From: Macrostomum lignano
Lineage: Eukaryota
NCBI GenBank assembly: GCA_002269645.1
Contig: NIVC01000976.1
Location: 310,001 to 374,000, forward strand
DNA length: 64,000 nucleotides
Direction of reading: 5' to 3'
Position numbers and translations under genes: made by a program. Shown one piece after another: positions 1-11,504 of the stretch. The notes beneath the pieces were generated by a model. It worked only from the letters and a program-made list of their open reading frames with translations. It had not been told where the DNA came from and ran no database searches. Numbering within the stretch: position 1 is the stretch's first letter; each line of letters starts with the position of its first letter.

Positions 1-1437
1 ACGGAAGGAGCAGTTTCAGATAGAGCTTTTATTCCTCTATGATTAAGTAAGCTAAAATGAACTCGTTGTAGTGAATACGAGCTACTACTTACAGTAGTTC
101 GCGACAGAAGATCTCTGAAACTCATGTCATAAGCTTGCATACATGTACTGGTATTACCGAAAGCTTCACAATCTTTTGTGTTTATTTTCGCATTAATTCC
201 TTCCGAATGCAGGGAATATCACCTATGACAAATATTATGAGAAGTCCTTGTGGTCTGTTGACTATATATCGATACACTTCAGCTTGCCTTGATATAATAC
301 GAAACACAATACGAACATATACTGTATGGCCTATTACACACTAGAAGTAAAAATTGTGCACGTCTTCAGTATAGAAAATATGAAAATTGTCAGAGCGAAG
401 AAGAAATGGAGAGAAACCACAGGGGAAGAAAGAGCAATTAAGGCTCGCAGCACAGCTCTTCGGCTAATTTCAGAGGCTCATCTAGTTTAGCGTCGAACAC
501 CCCTCAAAGCAATAAAGAAATTGCTTCCTACGTTCCGACCAGTAAAAAAGCTGAACTGCATTCCTATCTAGATCAATAAGTGCAAAAGTACTGCTAAGCT
601 ACAAAAATAGCATAGCAAGCTACAGATATGGTTATTTCTTTGCGATGTTTGTTCTTCGTGACAGTCCGCATCAGATTTGCAAGAAGCTTTGCATGAAAAA
701 AACATTAGCTAAGAGCATACTCTCTTCTAATTAACTTGCGTGCGTTAAAATTTACGTTTGTTAATGCGATGAGCAGAATGCGCTTGCAGATTCTGCTTGC
801 TACTTCACTGTCACTGATGATTCGGCTGCTCCCTACAAGAGTTCATCAACCAGTTGGCTATCAGGATGCCGGGAGGAGTTGCAAGCTCGCTGTTACTTCA
901 CGCGTAGCTGGACTCATCAATGGCATTGCCCAATTTCTGGGCCGCGTGACGGTGTGAGTTAAGGTATGGCTTTCGAAATTGTTTTTTTCTAAGAGCTTGT
1001 CTCTGTGTAGTGTAACACCGCAAGCTTTCTATACAGTGTGCTTGCTCCCTGCCCGCACTGCACTGGAGGCACAATTGCTCTAGGACTAACTGACGGCATT
1101 TTGCTGGTGCTTGTGCTGTCTTTATCAGCCCGAGCAGACCGTACACAGTTTTGTACGCACTGATACAGATCTGCACTGCGGGGAGGAGGGTAAGGCTTGT
1201 TGGGGCAAGGTTAGCTGCTCCACGCAAATAAACGTGAGGCATGCGTTTTCATTGTGATAATGCCAGAATTTTCTGATTCCTTACCCGACTCACTCATTCA
1301 CCCCCTCTCGCCAAATAGTTCGTCCGACATCAGCGCTGCCACAATATAAAAACAGGTCTTGCTATTTTACGCCCGTAGAATCAGAAAGTCTCACTTTTCT
1401 CAAGCAAACTCCTAAATTAGCGTCAAAGTTCTAAGTC

Positions 1438-2966
1438 ATGTCCGCCAAGATCACTCCATTGAGCCTCACGGTGCAGGACAAGGCCCGAAACGTCCACAAG
1501 GGCAGCGACGTCTTTAAGGGCAAGAAAATCATGCTGTACTTCTCGGCTCACTGGTGCCCGCCGTGCAGAACCTTCACTCCGGCCCTGGCTCTGTTCTATG
1601 AAGAGGTGCGAAGCTGTTTGCCTGTTTCTCAACGCGTATTTTTGTTTTACTCGCAGTCGTCTGACACATTACGCGTCGCAAGGGGTGGTTTGCGGTTGTC
1701 TTTGTCAAGAGTTCAGTTAGCACTTGCTTTGTAAATCGTAGGAATCGTAGCATTAATAACCTTTATTCGGAGCAGAACTCGCAGAATTTTTGTAGGGTGC
1801 CACTAAAGAGCCACAGCCCAACGATTCCATAGATTTTAATGACTTCAAGCTAAATGGAGAAAGGTAAACTCAACAACAATAAAAAAGTCGCCACCTTTGA
1901 GAGTGCACAGTAAATTCCAGCTCAGTATTGACTTTTGAGTGACGCAACGCGACGCAGAGTTGGGCTGGGTGAGGAGGGATCGGGAAGATCGGATGGCGAA
2001 GATCGGATGGATTGAAGCTTCCGCCTGGTTGTCTTTGTTTGTTTTCAAGCATTTTTAATATCAAAATGGTTGGCCAGGTGATAGACGCTGTTCGAAGGAC
2101 ACTGCTCACTGGGGCAAAGTGTGGCAATTTTTCAATGTTGCTGAGTATATCTTTATGCTTTAAATTCCGCATTCCGTTTTCAAACAAAAACTTAGTGAAC
2201 CGTGCTTATCTGTTGCAAGTCTGTTGTTTGGGATCTAAAGGTTGAAAAAAATGTTTTTATATAGCTATCTCGTCTGTCTTGTGTAGGAATTTGAGGAAGA
2301 ATTATAGACTTCGGTGTCTGCAAAACTCTGTTCGGGCACAGCAAAAAACACACAAAATGCTATATTGAAAATATTTGACACTGGTTTTGGTTCTGCTGCC
2401 TTAGAGGGTGTCCTAGACATTGCATCTAGTCATTCTGATTGTGTTTTAGCTGCTAAATGGTTGGGTTTCAGCTTATTCTGTCAAGAGTTTTGATGTCAGA
2501 CGGTGATTCGATATTTGTCGGCGTGGAATTGGCCTGGAGTCTTGGAACCTGGCCTCGGTGTATTTCAGTAATTGAGTCGAATCAGTTTCCCTGCATTCAG
2601 CGACTATATTTAGTAATCTTTTTTTTGGTCTTCAAATACAAACTTTTCCCATCAATGATGTTTCAAATCAGATACTAAACAAAGCTGAAAAAACTTTTCT
2701 AGGCCAAAGCGTCCCACCCAAATTTGGAGTGCGTTTTCGTTTCCTGCGACCGGGATGAGGCTTCGATGCTGAGCTACTTCAACGAGTCGCACGGCGACTA
2801 CTACGTGCTGCCTTTCAACTCCGAGGAGCGCACCGGCTTGGCCAAGCAGTACCAGGTCAGCGGCATCCCCTGCCTCATCGTGGTGGACGAGGAAGGCAAA
2901 GTTTTGAAGCCTAACGCCCGCGAGGATGTCCAAAAGGGCAACTTTGCCGCTATCAACCAGTGGTAG
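1438..2966 (+). CDS. Tryparedoxin/nucleoredoxin-like thioredoxin-fold oxidoreductase, 2 exons (1438-1605, 2703-2966), about 143 aa
   Basis: Exon 1 encodes MLYFSAHWCPPCRTFTP and ends GAG|GTGCG. The acceptor TTTTCTAG|GCC joins in phase 0 to AKASHPNLECVFVSCDRDE...YQVSGIPCLIVVD...AREDV...QW*. WCPPC, FVSxD and GIP are hallmarks of the tryparedoxin/nucleoredoxin family. Confidence 0.92.
1868..2150. mobile_element. MITE family A, copy 1 (intron of thioredoxin gene)
   Basis: Imperfect terminal inverted repeats (CTCAACAAC..AAAAGTCGCCACCTTTG / CAAAGTGTGGCAATTTTTCAATGTTGCTGAG). Clearly homologous along its length to 61281-61570 and to both ends of 31810-32740. Confidence 0.85.
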
Positions 2967-3141
2967 GCCCTAGATGGTTGATTCGAAGTGATCTTAAATA
3001 TCGCAGAATAACAAAACCGACTGACTGATTGAGCTCAGAGTGAATGGCAGAGTTAATCACCAAACTAAAACTTCAAGCCTTTGTTAATTTTTTTTCTTTT
3101 TTATTCAGCCAGCTTTTTTCTCTCACCTCTCAAATATTTAC

Positions 3142-3491
3142 AACTAACTGCTTTTCCTTGCCTGAAAGCACAAGAAAAAGAAAAAGAATAATAATAAAGT
3201 TTTGAAAATCAAATATTTGCAACTAACTGCTTTTCCTTGCCTGAAAGCACAAGAAAAAGAAAAAGAATATAATAATAAAGTTTTGAAAATCAAATATTTG
3301 CAACTAACTGCTTTTCCTTGCCTGAAAGCACAAGAAAAAGAAAAAGAATATAATAATAAAGTTTTGAAAATCAAATATTTGCAACTAACTGCTTTTCCTT
3401 GCCTGAAAGCACAAGAAAAAGAAAAAGAATATAATAATAAAGTTTTGAAAATCAAATATTTGCAACTAACTGCTTTTCCTTGCCTGAAAGC
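3142..3491. repeat. 81-bp tandem repeat array, left part
   Basis: Unit CAACTAACTGCTTTTCCTTGCCTGAAAGCACAAGAAAAAGAAAAAGAATATAATAATAAAGTTTTGAAAATCAAATATTTG, about 4.3 copies. It produces the 27-aa periodic pseudo-ORFs. Confidence 0.95.
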
Positions 3492-5121
3492 CAGTGCTGG
3501 GCGTTAACTAGTTAATTGTTTAACTAGTTAATTAACTAGTTAAATTTTTTAAAAAATCGTTAAATTTTCGTTAAATTTTTTATGTATTAACTAGTTAACA
3601 AAAATCGTTAATTTTTTTCTGAAGTTAAAGTTAAATGACAAAAGTTAATAATTCCGGGAAATGGAGTTCCCCGGGTTCAAAATCCGCGGGTTTCAACAGC
3701 TTGTATGCCATTAAAAAGTAAAATTAATACATACATAAAATAACTTCGCCTTTCTAAGCATTATTTAACGCGTCACAAACTACTATTACATGTATATATT
3801 TCAGTTACAAGTTACAATGTATAGAATATTCGGAAGATTCTGGAATCTTCAACTATTATCTATTGATATTCTACCCAAGCACTACTATAAGTTATCGTTG
3901 TACATAGGGATGTCGATTCCCCGGGGAATTTTCTTATCGGGGACCCGGGGAATTTACTGTCATTCCCCAGGGACCCCGGGGAAAAAAATAAGTAAAAAAC
4001 GGCGGATAACTTATATCTTTATAAGTCACTAAGTGGCATTTTTTAAACTTTGATTAAAGCTTTGGATGGACTACATGTTCAAGGCGCAAGGGTAAAAACT
4101 TTAAGCAATGTTTGTTTAAAACTGTATTTGACAATATGGCATCACCAAATCGTGCGCACACCTTTATCAGAAAGGGTCCAGACTCCGGAGGCGGAAAATG
4201 AATGCTCAGCAGCTGCACTCGTGGGAGGATAATTAATGAATGAGACTGTTTTTATAATCGATATTTTAATTTCTTGCAGATACAAATAAATCACCATTTT
4301 GTCCTGTCTAATACGGAGTATTTTGTTATTGTATGATACCCCCCTATGTGTCAGTGACTGACGCAGGATATGGCGCTGTGCCTGCGTCAAATGTGTCAAG
4401 CCGTCAACGCAGACCAACACAATAGTCAGTAAGGCTTCTTTTTCCTGATGGGTTTCTATGCTCGTACGTTCAATTTGCTTGATTGAAAGACTCATAGTGA
4501 AAAAAAACATTCAAACGGGTCGCTAATTTCATAAGACCAAAATTTCACAACGCCAAAAATTCTGCATGCAATACAATCCTTATTGTAAAGTTTTCTACGA
4601 TGTGAAATTTCGGTCTTATGAAGTTTTGGTCTTGTGAAGTATGGTGTTTCGGCGTTGTGAAATTTCGGTCTTATGAACCCCCCCATTCAAACGTGTGTTG
4701 TGTTTGAAATAATACATTGAAATAAGCAGTTTTGCAGTAAAAAAGCATAGACAGAGTTTCAATCAGCTTTCTGTGAATAATTTTCTTATTTAAATGGCAA
4801 AAATTTAGTTAAAAATGCTTTTTTTCTCCCCGGGGTCCCCGGTCTAATTCCCAGGGGAGTATTCCCCGACAAGCTCCCCAGGGCGCCGCGACCTGGCCAC
4901 AGCCGCGCCGCGCCGACCTAAAATTTAAAAAAACACGCCAAACACATGTCCGGGAAAATGTCACTTTTTCTGTTAGGGAATTATTAACTTTAACTTTTAA
5001 CTTTTCAGAAGTTAAATTTTGGGCAAAAGTTAAATAATTAACTAGTTACAGTTAATTTTTTGGAGCAATTAAATTAACTTTTTAACTTTTAACGAGTTAA
5101 AAAAATTGATTAACTTGCCCA
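3492..5121. mobile_element. Non-autonomous hAT-like DNA transposon, composite, inserted in the 81-bp array
   Basis: Left end CAGTGCTGGGCGTTAAC; right end TTAACTTGCCCA (tip apparently lost); arms are GTTAA/TTAAC-rich and inverted. An internal minus-strand remnant PPTSAAAEHSFSASG (about 4190-4235) resembles the hAT C-terminal dimerisation motif. Confidence 0.7.
4517..4683. mobile_element. Mutator-like (MULE) MITE with 9-bp TSD
   Basis: Exact 9-bp direct repeat CATTCAAAC at 4508-4516 and 4684-4692. G-initiated inverted arms TTCATAAGACCAAAATTTCACAACGCC / GGCGTTGTGAAATTTCGGTCTTATGAA. Confidence 0.8.
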
Positions 5122-5560
5122 AAGCACAAGAAAAAGAAAAAGAATAATAATAAAGTTTTGAAAATCAAATATTTGCAACTAACTGCTTTTCCTTGCCTGA
5201 AAGCACAAGAAAAAGAAAAAGAATATAATAATAAAGTTTTGAAAATCAAATATTTGCAACTAACTGCTTTTCCTTGCCTGAAAACACAAGAAAAAGAAAA
5301 AGAATAATAATAAAGTTTTGAAAATCAAATATTTGCAACTAACTGCTTTTCCTTGCCTGAAAGCACAAGAAAAAGAAAAAGAATATAATAATAAAGTTTT
5401 GAAAATCAAATATTTGCAACTAACTGCTTTTCCTTGCCTGAAAGCACAAGAAAAAGAAAAAGAATATAATAATAAAGTTTTGAAAATCAAATATTTGCAA
5501 TTAACTGCTTTTCCTTGCCTGAAAACACAAGAAAAAGAACAATAATAAAGTTTTGAAAAT
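5121..5560. repeat. 81-bp tandem repeat array, right part
   Basis: Same unit as 3142-3491. It resumes in register (AAAGCACAAG) where the left array was interrupted; about 5.4 copies. Confidence 0.95.
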
Positions 5561-6159
5561 TAGTTATACTACTATTCAGTATACTACTTTTCAGGAGCTA
5601 CTGACCTTTGCTGTGCCTAGCTTAAATTTCAACAGATTTTTTTTCATTACTTTTTATACTCGCAGACTTCTGCAAGCAAACTTTCGAAGCCGAAGCATTA
5701 CATTTTACAAAAATAGAAGACAAACTTCTCACAAAACTCGAAACCAATCTTGCAGCCTAAAGACGCCTACTTATAGAGTTTATTTAATCCGATTATTCAA
5801 GTATCCCAACTTTAGTATAGCAAAGTTCCTATAGAAGTTTTAATTTTTTGCATATAGGAAGGATCTTTGCCCCTCGTGAGGGAGAGAAGAAAAAATGGAT
5901 GAAATTGTTGAATGAATAAACTGCACATGTACCTGCACATGTAGACATCGTCCCTCAACAGCACTGACGACAAATCTGCCCATTCCACTGACTCCGGAGC
6001 ACATGCATGTACAAGTGCGCAGATAGTAGAAGCAGGGACGCACTCGTACACACGCTCACACAGGGTGTGCAGCCACCCTGACTTTTCAATAACAGGCATT
6101 TACACTCAGTCTTGGGAGTTAGCTCTCATAGGTGCGAATCGCACGATAAACCCCGGCCA

Positions 6160-6255
6160 ATTTCCGTGCACAAGCCGAAATTATGGCCGCACACGGAATC
6201 GAACCAGCGGTACAAGAGCAAGAGTCAGACGCACATACCGCTAAGCTGCTCTGCT
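6160..6255 (-). mobile_element. tRNA-derived SINE head / pseudo-tRNA, copy 1
   Basis: Minus strand has an A-box-like AGCTTAGCGGTA and a B-box GGTTCGATTCC. There is no paired acceptor stem. Homology to the 7235-7335 copy extends past the tRNA part (CATAATTTCGGCTTGTGCACGG vs CATTAATTCATGCTTCATGCACGG). Confidence 0.6.
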
Positions 6256-7234
6256 CCAGTCTCTGTATTGAGTACTGTGACGTTTCCAATTTTAGTAGCC
6301 CCGCCAAGGGCCGTTTTGACATACAGTAACCAATCCATAATATTGTTAATTTAATGGTCCCGTACCCTCACGTCTGCTTAAAGTAGCGACCAAAGAATTT
6401 TAAATAACTCGCGTACGTTTGTAAGCCTAAGTACAGTAGGCGATCGATAATTTCTGTTTTCTCGCCGGCCAATAGAAAAGCCGCGCATAAATTATGTTAG
6501 CCTGAAATTAAGTTCTCCGCGCGCACCCACCCCTAGCCTTTATCAGTCCTGTCTGGCTGGGGCGCTCGGGGTTTGGCTTTCTTTCTCCCTTTCTCCCCCT
6601 CTGGCTTCGTTTTCTCTCGTTTTCTTGTTTACTCGTTAGCCAGCCTTAGGCCCTTGCCACCCCGGCACTCTGTGTTTGCTTGCCTTTGTGTTTGCTTTCT
6701 CCGTCTCATTCCGCCACGGTTCTCAACCACGCCTCTGCCAAGCCTCAGTCACGCCACTCTACTGTCTATACGAGCTCTCGCTGCGAGCACCGCCACCACA
6801 CGTTCATCACCATCACACCGTTATCATTGCCTCAGGCTCGTCGACTCACTCTATTGCCTACCAGAATTTATCTATCTTACAGTTGTGTAGCCGCCAGTGC
6901 ATTCCTTACGGATTCAGCAATTACTCTGCCCATCTCTGTTGACCGCTCAGACGGAACTGATAATAGCAAGCCTAACTATCCTCTCATATTGCTACAATAA
7001 ACAAGACTGCGGCCATTTCCCGCATCAGTTGTATTATCATCAAGTGCTACCGCTACAAATTTTGCCTCTGCCGTGTTGTCTTTGTAATCATTTTCGAGTC
7101 TGCCGGATAAATCGCAGTACATTTTCAAATTTTAGCATGAGCCCTGGATCTTAACTCACAAAAAGTGTACCTGATAATTCTGGTACTAAAGCAGTTGCCA
7201 GTGCCCTAAGTATTCAGATGTATAAAGTACAAGC

Positions 7235-7335
7235 ATGTACCGTGCATGAAGCATGAATTAATGTGCCCGTGCACGGAATCGAACCAAGGGTCGTAGAGCA
7301 GTTGTCAGGCGCGTTTACCGCTGAGCTCTTTTGGG
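7235..7335 (-). mobile_element. tRNA-derived SINE head / pseudo-tRNA, copy 2
   Basis: Minus strand AGCTCAGCGGTA ... GGTTCGATTCCGTG; stems are degenerate; related to 6160-6255. Confidence 0.6.
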
Positions 7336-7739
7336 CTGAGATTTTCCACTGTTGAATTATTAGCTGGGATTTCGTTGTTGGATCAGTTTAGATTTTTGAA
7401 ATTAAATTAGTTTGCTCAATACTGTAGTTTTGACAGATAATTTTTGTGGGATTTATCTTGAGTCCCCTTTTCTCCTGAGGTAAGGCTAAGCTTCGATGCA
7501 GTTGAGCCTCGCGGTCCCAGGCGTCACCTGAAAGATCCACCTGTTAAATTGGATGTTGCTATCGCGGTTGCCATTTCCGGACCCGAACTTATTCTAGCCC
7601 TAAACGCGGCAATGGCGCAGATCCTCGAGTCATCGAGGAGGCACGGATATGAAAACTGATAAATGTTGGTACTTTTTCAAGATTTTCAAAACCGCATTTT
7701 GACCAGCTGGTTTCCGCCATCATGGTGACGTAGCCGGTA

Positions 7740-8170
7740 CTGGGACACGAAACCTTCTATGTCAACATCCTCTGGGGTGCTCCAAGGAGATACGCTAACG
7801 CCGTCCCTGTTTGTTCTGGTGCTAGGGCTGCAATTTTGTGCCGAGAGCAGACGGTAATCTTTCGTTCTTTGAGGGGAGTCCAAGCCCTACTTGATCACCA
7901 GAGGGCGCGGTGGTACTGTTCTATGCAGTGTTCGAGACCGTCTCGCTTTACAACGCCGAGAAGAAAGACGCCAACGGACACGCTGGCCTGCTTCGCGCCG
8001 CCTTCAGGATCGGCGACGAACGAGTTGCCAAAGCGGCACTGAATTGGTGCACCGGGCCCGTCCTAGCAAAATTTTGCGCCGTCAGTGCCCAGCTGGAAGG
8101 TCATATTATCTGCGCCGAGTCACAATCCGCAGCCAGGACTGCTGCCGCTGCTGGCACCCTACCGGCGAGG
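7740..8170 (+). pseudogene. Degenerate RTE-like non-LTR retrotransposon reverse transcriptase remnant
   Basis: Fragments in different frames: SGVLQGDTLTPSLFVLVL (RT motif QGDTLxPxLF), VFETVSLYNAE, AGLLRAAF and QLEGHIICAE. These match the C-terminal region of RTE-clade RTs, with internal deletions. Confidence 0.7.
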
Positions 8171-10320
8171 ACAGGCCTAATTTTTTTCTGTTGCATTAGC
8201 TTGGATTGCTGTTGTTGGATTGTCCAAAGCAAGGAAACTTCCAGAATGTTGGCAGCTTCAAAGATAACTGAGCACAGAACCAGTTATTGCATCGCAGTAA
8301 ACTCCCACTTGTCCAAAAGTAAAGCATCAAAATCAAAATCAAAATCCTTGGCCTGGCCGCGTAGGTTTTGCAGTTATTTGAGCTTCGCATGCTTGGTCTC
8401 GTCTCCTGCACGGCGAAGATTTAAATAAGAGACCCTTAATTACAAGATTTGGAACGCTGCCCCCATCCGCCTAGGAAGATTGCCAACCCTCTTTCACGCT
8501 AAGGATGTATGGGATTTAAATACCCGCAGCCTTCGCTTAGCACAGGTGTCAAATATCTTCCATCGCTGCTGCTGAGGCTATGCAAGCTTCTCTGCCCGGG
8601 GATTAACAATGGCAACTGCCAGGGGCGTAAAATTACTTGTCTTTTATTTTATACAATAATCAAACAGTAATACAACAAATACCCAGTTAGAATATTTCTT
8701 CACAGAAGAAACATTTTTTCCTAATACAGAGCCTTATGTTTATGACAGGAGTCAACTGTTACACTGTTGGCACACCGAATAAATTATGCACAAATATTAG
8801 GGTTGACTTTTAGCTGCAATGATGATAAATGCAAGCGAAACTTAGTTTAAGTCTGAAAATCAAACGATAATGTTTTTACGAGTAGCCACTAGAAAATGAG
8901 AACTTTTGAAGCGCCTTGAAGTTTTTAAGGCTAGTAAGGTACCTTAGTGAGGATTTAAGATCTTCGAGTTTACTCTCTACTTTTCTAAAAGCTTCCGTCG
9001 TTCATGTAATGTGTGTAACATTTGCACATCGCGCTAACAAGAATTAATTAACATAATATCGTTTGATTCGTTTTGTTTGATAAAAAAGACAGGTGGGACA
9101 TGCAAGTAGAAGAAAATGCAAGCACATGGCAGCTTTTTATTCGATCCAGAAGAAGCAGCCTATCCAATCGGCCAGCGCTCATTTTGCAGTTAAATGCTTC
9201 CGAAATCAAAAGAAAAAATCAAACGACTTTTGCGCCCTCTTCTATCGATATAAGCTATCAAAATTCATACGGTTGGCGTCGCAACTGCAGCAATTTAACA
9301 ATTCAAAATGAAAATGACGCAAGCCCTGATTATCCTAGTCATTATTCAAAACGTTGCTTTGACGACAGCACGTTGTGTACCTGTTGGTGATCCAATGTTG
9401 GTGAGTACTCGTATTCTTGCCATTAAAAAACTGAAGTAAAAGGATTCCGCACTTGCGTATCGTGTGATTTTTTGAGGCCTGTTTCTGCAGCAGGATGGAT
9501 AGGGATGTCTATGTTTGTCAATATTTCTCAAGCTAGTTTTCTAGAAATGGCGAAAAACATTTTGCTGGCAAATTTCCATCGAATAAATTTTCCGAGAAAT
9601 TCAAGTTCCCATCTTCAAGTTCCCATCTTCAGTTCAGTTTTTCAAGACGGATTTTGTTAGAGTTTGTCGGTGATCACTGAACCGACAGCTTCCAATCTAG
9701 CTCATGCATTTTTATTTTTAAGTAGCTTTCGCGTTTTCACGATTTACGAGTGCAGAGGTCTTCTACTTTAGTTTAGAGCTGCTCATGATTACCGCGTACG
9801 GTATTTAATCAATAATAATCTACACATCTAAATCATTAACGTTAACGTTAACAACAACTACAGGAGACCAAAATTCTGAGCGTCAGATCTGAAGCCAAAC
9901 GCATATTCGAAGCGTACATTTGCGGCAATTTCACCGTCGCATGGAAGGAACGCGCAGCTCGTAACGATTTTCTTGCCGATGTTGCCCTCGGCTTAGTTTT
10001 GATTGTGATTGCAGTCGGCGCTCTGATAACTTTGTTTCTCTGTTGCGTCTGCTTGCGGAATCTGGTCTGGGAAAGCCTGCCAAACCGTTCGCTCTCCGGG
10101 CTGGATCAGCACACAGGCTGAGTCTGTCCGAGATTACTGAGCTGCTGAAACTGGAAGGCATCCTCTGAAGTTGACACGTTTTACACCCACAATATATTTC
10201 AGATATTGTTTATCGATGAGAACTGCGATTTTGGAAACTACGTATGACTAGTTAGCAGTAACTCTTAGTTTCCGCTCGATTTGAAGACTAAACTTACATG
10301 TATACAACAAGCAAAATAAA

Positions 10321-11039
10321 TATACCTTTTTACGTTCTATTTGATAAAAACTGCAACCACGGCTCAGCCACGGCCACGGCTCAGCCTGACCATAGACATA
10401 GAATTTTCCATAGACAGCCACCGCTAGCGGCAACCAATTTGGTAAAAACTGCGAGCTATTTTGCCAGCTTGAAGATAGCAGCTGCTCTGATGGCGAATCG
10501 TGGGCCGTACCAAAAGATAAGTCAGCTGGATCGAGAGCGAATCGTGAGAGCGTACAGGAGTGGCGACGGCTGGAGAGAGCTTGGCAGAATGATGGGGATG
10601 AAGAAACCGACAGTGAGGAACATCGTGACCACGTATGAACGAACTGGTAGAGTTAGCAGATACTGGACTGGCTGCTGCAGCAGGTGCGACACTGCATCAG
10701 CACAGGATGCGCATTCTGAAGAGAGAAGTGCAGCAAGCACTGAACTGCGTCACGCCTCTCAAGTGCCTGCGCTGGATCAACCATTCCCAGACGTACTTCA
10801 ATCGGTGCTTGAATGCTGAGGACATAATGTTCTGACTTCGTGCATGTATTGTTAACATTCTTTATCGTTATTGTTATGCTATTGAGCTGCTATCTTCAAG
10901 CTGGCAAAATAGCTCGCAGTTTTTGCCAGATTGGTTGCCGCTAGCGGTGGCTGTCTATGGAAAATTGCTGCGGCTGCGTCAGGCTGAGCCGTGGCCAAAT
11001 TGGTTGCAGTTTTTATCAAATAGAACGTAAAAAGGTATA
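10321..11039 (+). mobile_element. Internally deleted Tc1/mariner-IS630 DNA transposon
   Basis: Long (about 160-bp) TIRs TACCTTTTTACGTTCTATTTGATAAAAACTGCAACC / GGTTGCAGTTTTTATCAAATAGAACGTAAAAAGGTA, flanked by TA. Inside is an HTH-like N-terminus (MANRGPYQKISQLDRERIVRAY...MKKPTVRNIVTTYERTGRV) fused to a transposase-like C-terminal tail (WINHSQTYFNRCLNAEDI). No DDE core is present. Confidence 0.8.
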
Positions 11040-11504
11040 ATTAGCAGTCATTTCAAGAAGAATCCACACTTTATAAAGCAAAATATCCTTCTTCACTACT
11101 GCACGAGTTCCTAGTTTTATGGTAAGTACTTTTAGTAATAACTAGCAATCTACGCCCCCGTTTGGGGAGCAAACAAAGAATGTAATAAATTTTTTTACGA
11201 GCGGTTGGATGGTTAGAATAGGAAGTTTTTACATCTTAATGTTCATTGTGTTAGTGAATTGAATTATTATGCTGTGCAATTAAGTTATTAATTTTTTTAC
11301 GAGTCTTACGGCATGCTCATAAAACTTTTTGGATTTCACTTTCTGAAATCTTTTTTGTCAAAACGGTTTAAAATAATTGGTCAGGACTATGGATTAACAT
11401 GTACTACTTTTACTCTTCAAACATAAATCTGAATCATCGCATACAGTAGGCAGTAACTATGGTTGTGGAGAATTGGTATACATGACCTTCATATGCACCC
11501 AGAA

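Noticed and set aside
898-1242. ORF with CxxC..H..C resembling a gag knuckle
   Set aside because: Spacing is non-canonical and there is no adjacent pol evidence.
3142-5560. 81-bp and 51-bp (36826-37165) arrays as CRISPR or repeat proteins
   Set aside because: The units are contiguous with no unique spacers, there are no cas genes and the context is eukaryotic. The periodic ORFs are artefacts.
6420-7057. Solo LTR (TG...CA, CCAAT, AATAAA)
   Set aside because: No target-site duplication and only a 4-bp terminal inverted repeat; not supportable as a feature.
6185-7335. Functional tRNA genes
   Set aside because: Acceptor and anticodon stems do not pair, and homology extends beyond the tRNA part, so they are called SINE-like.
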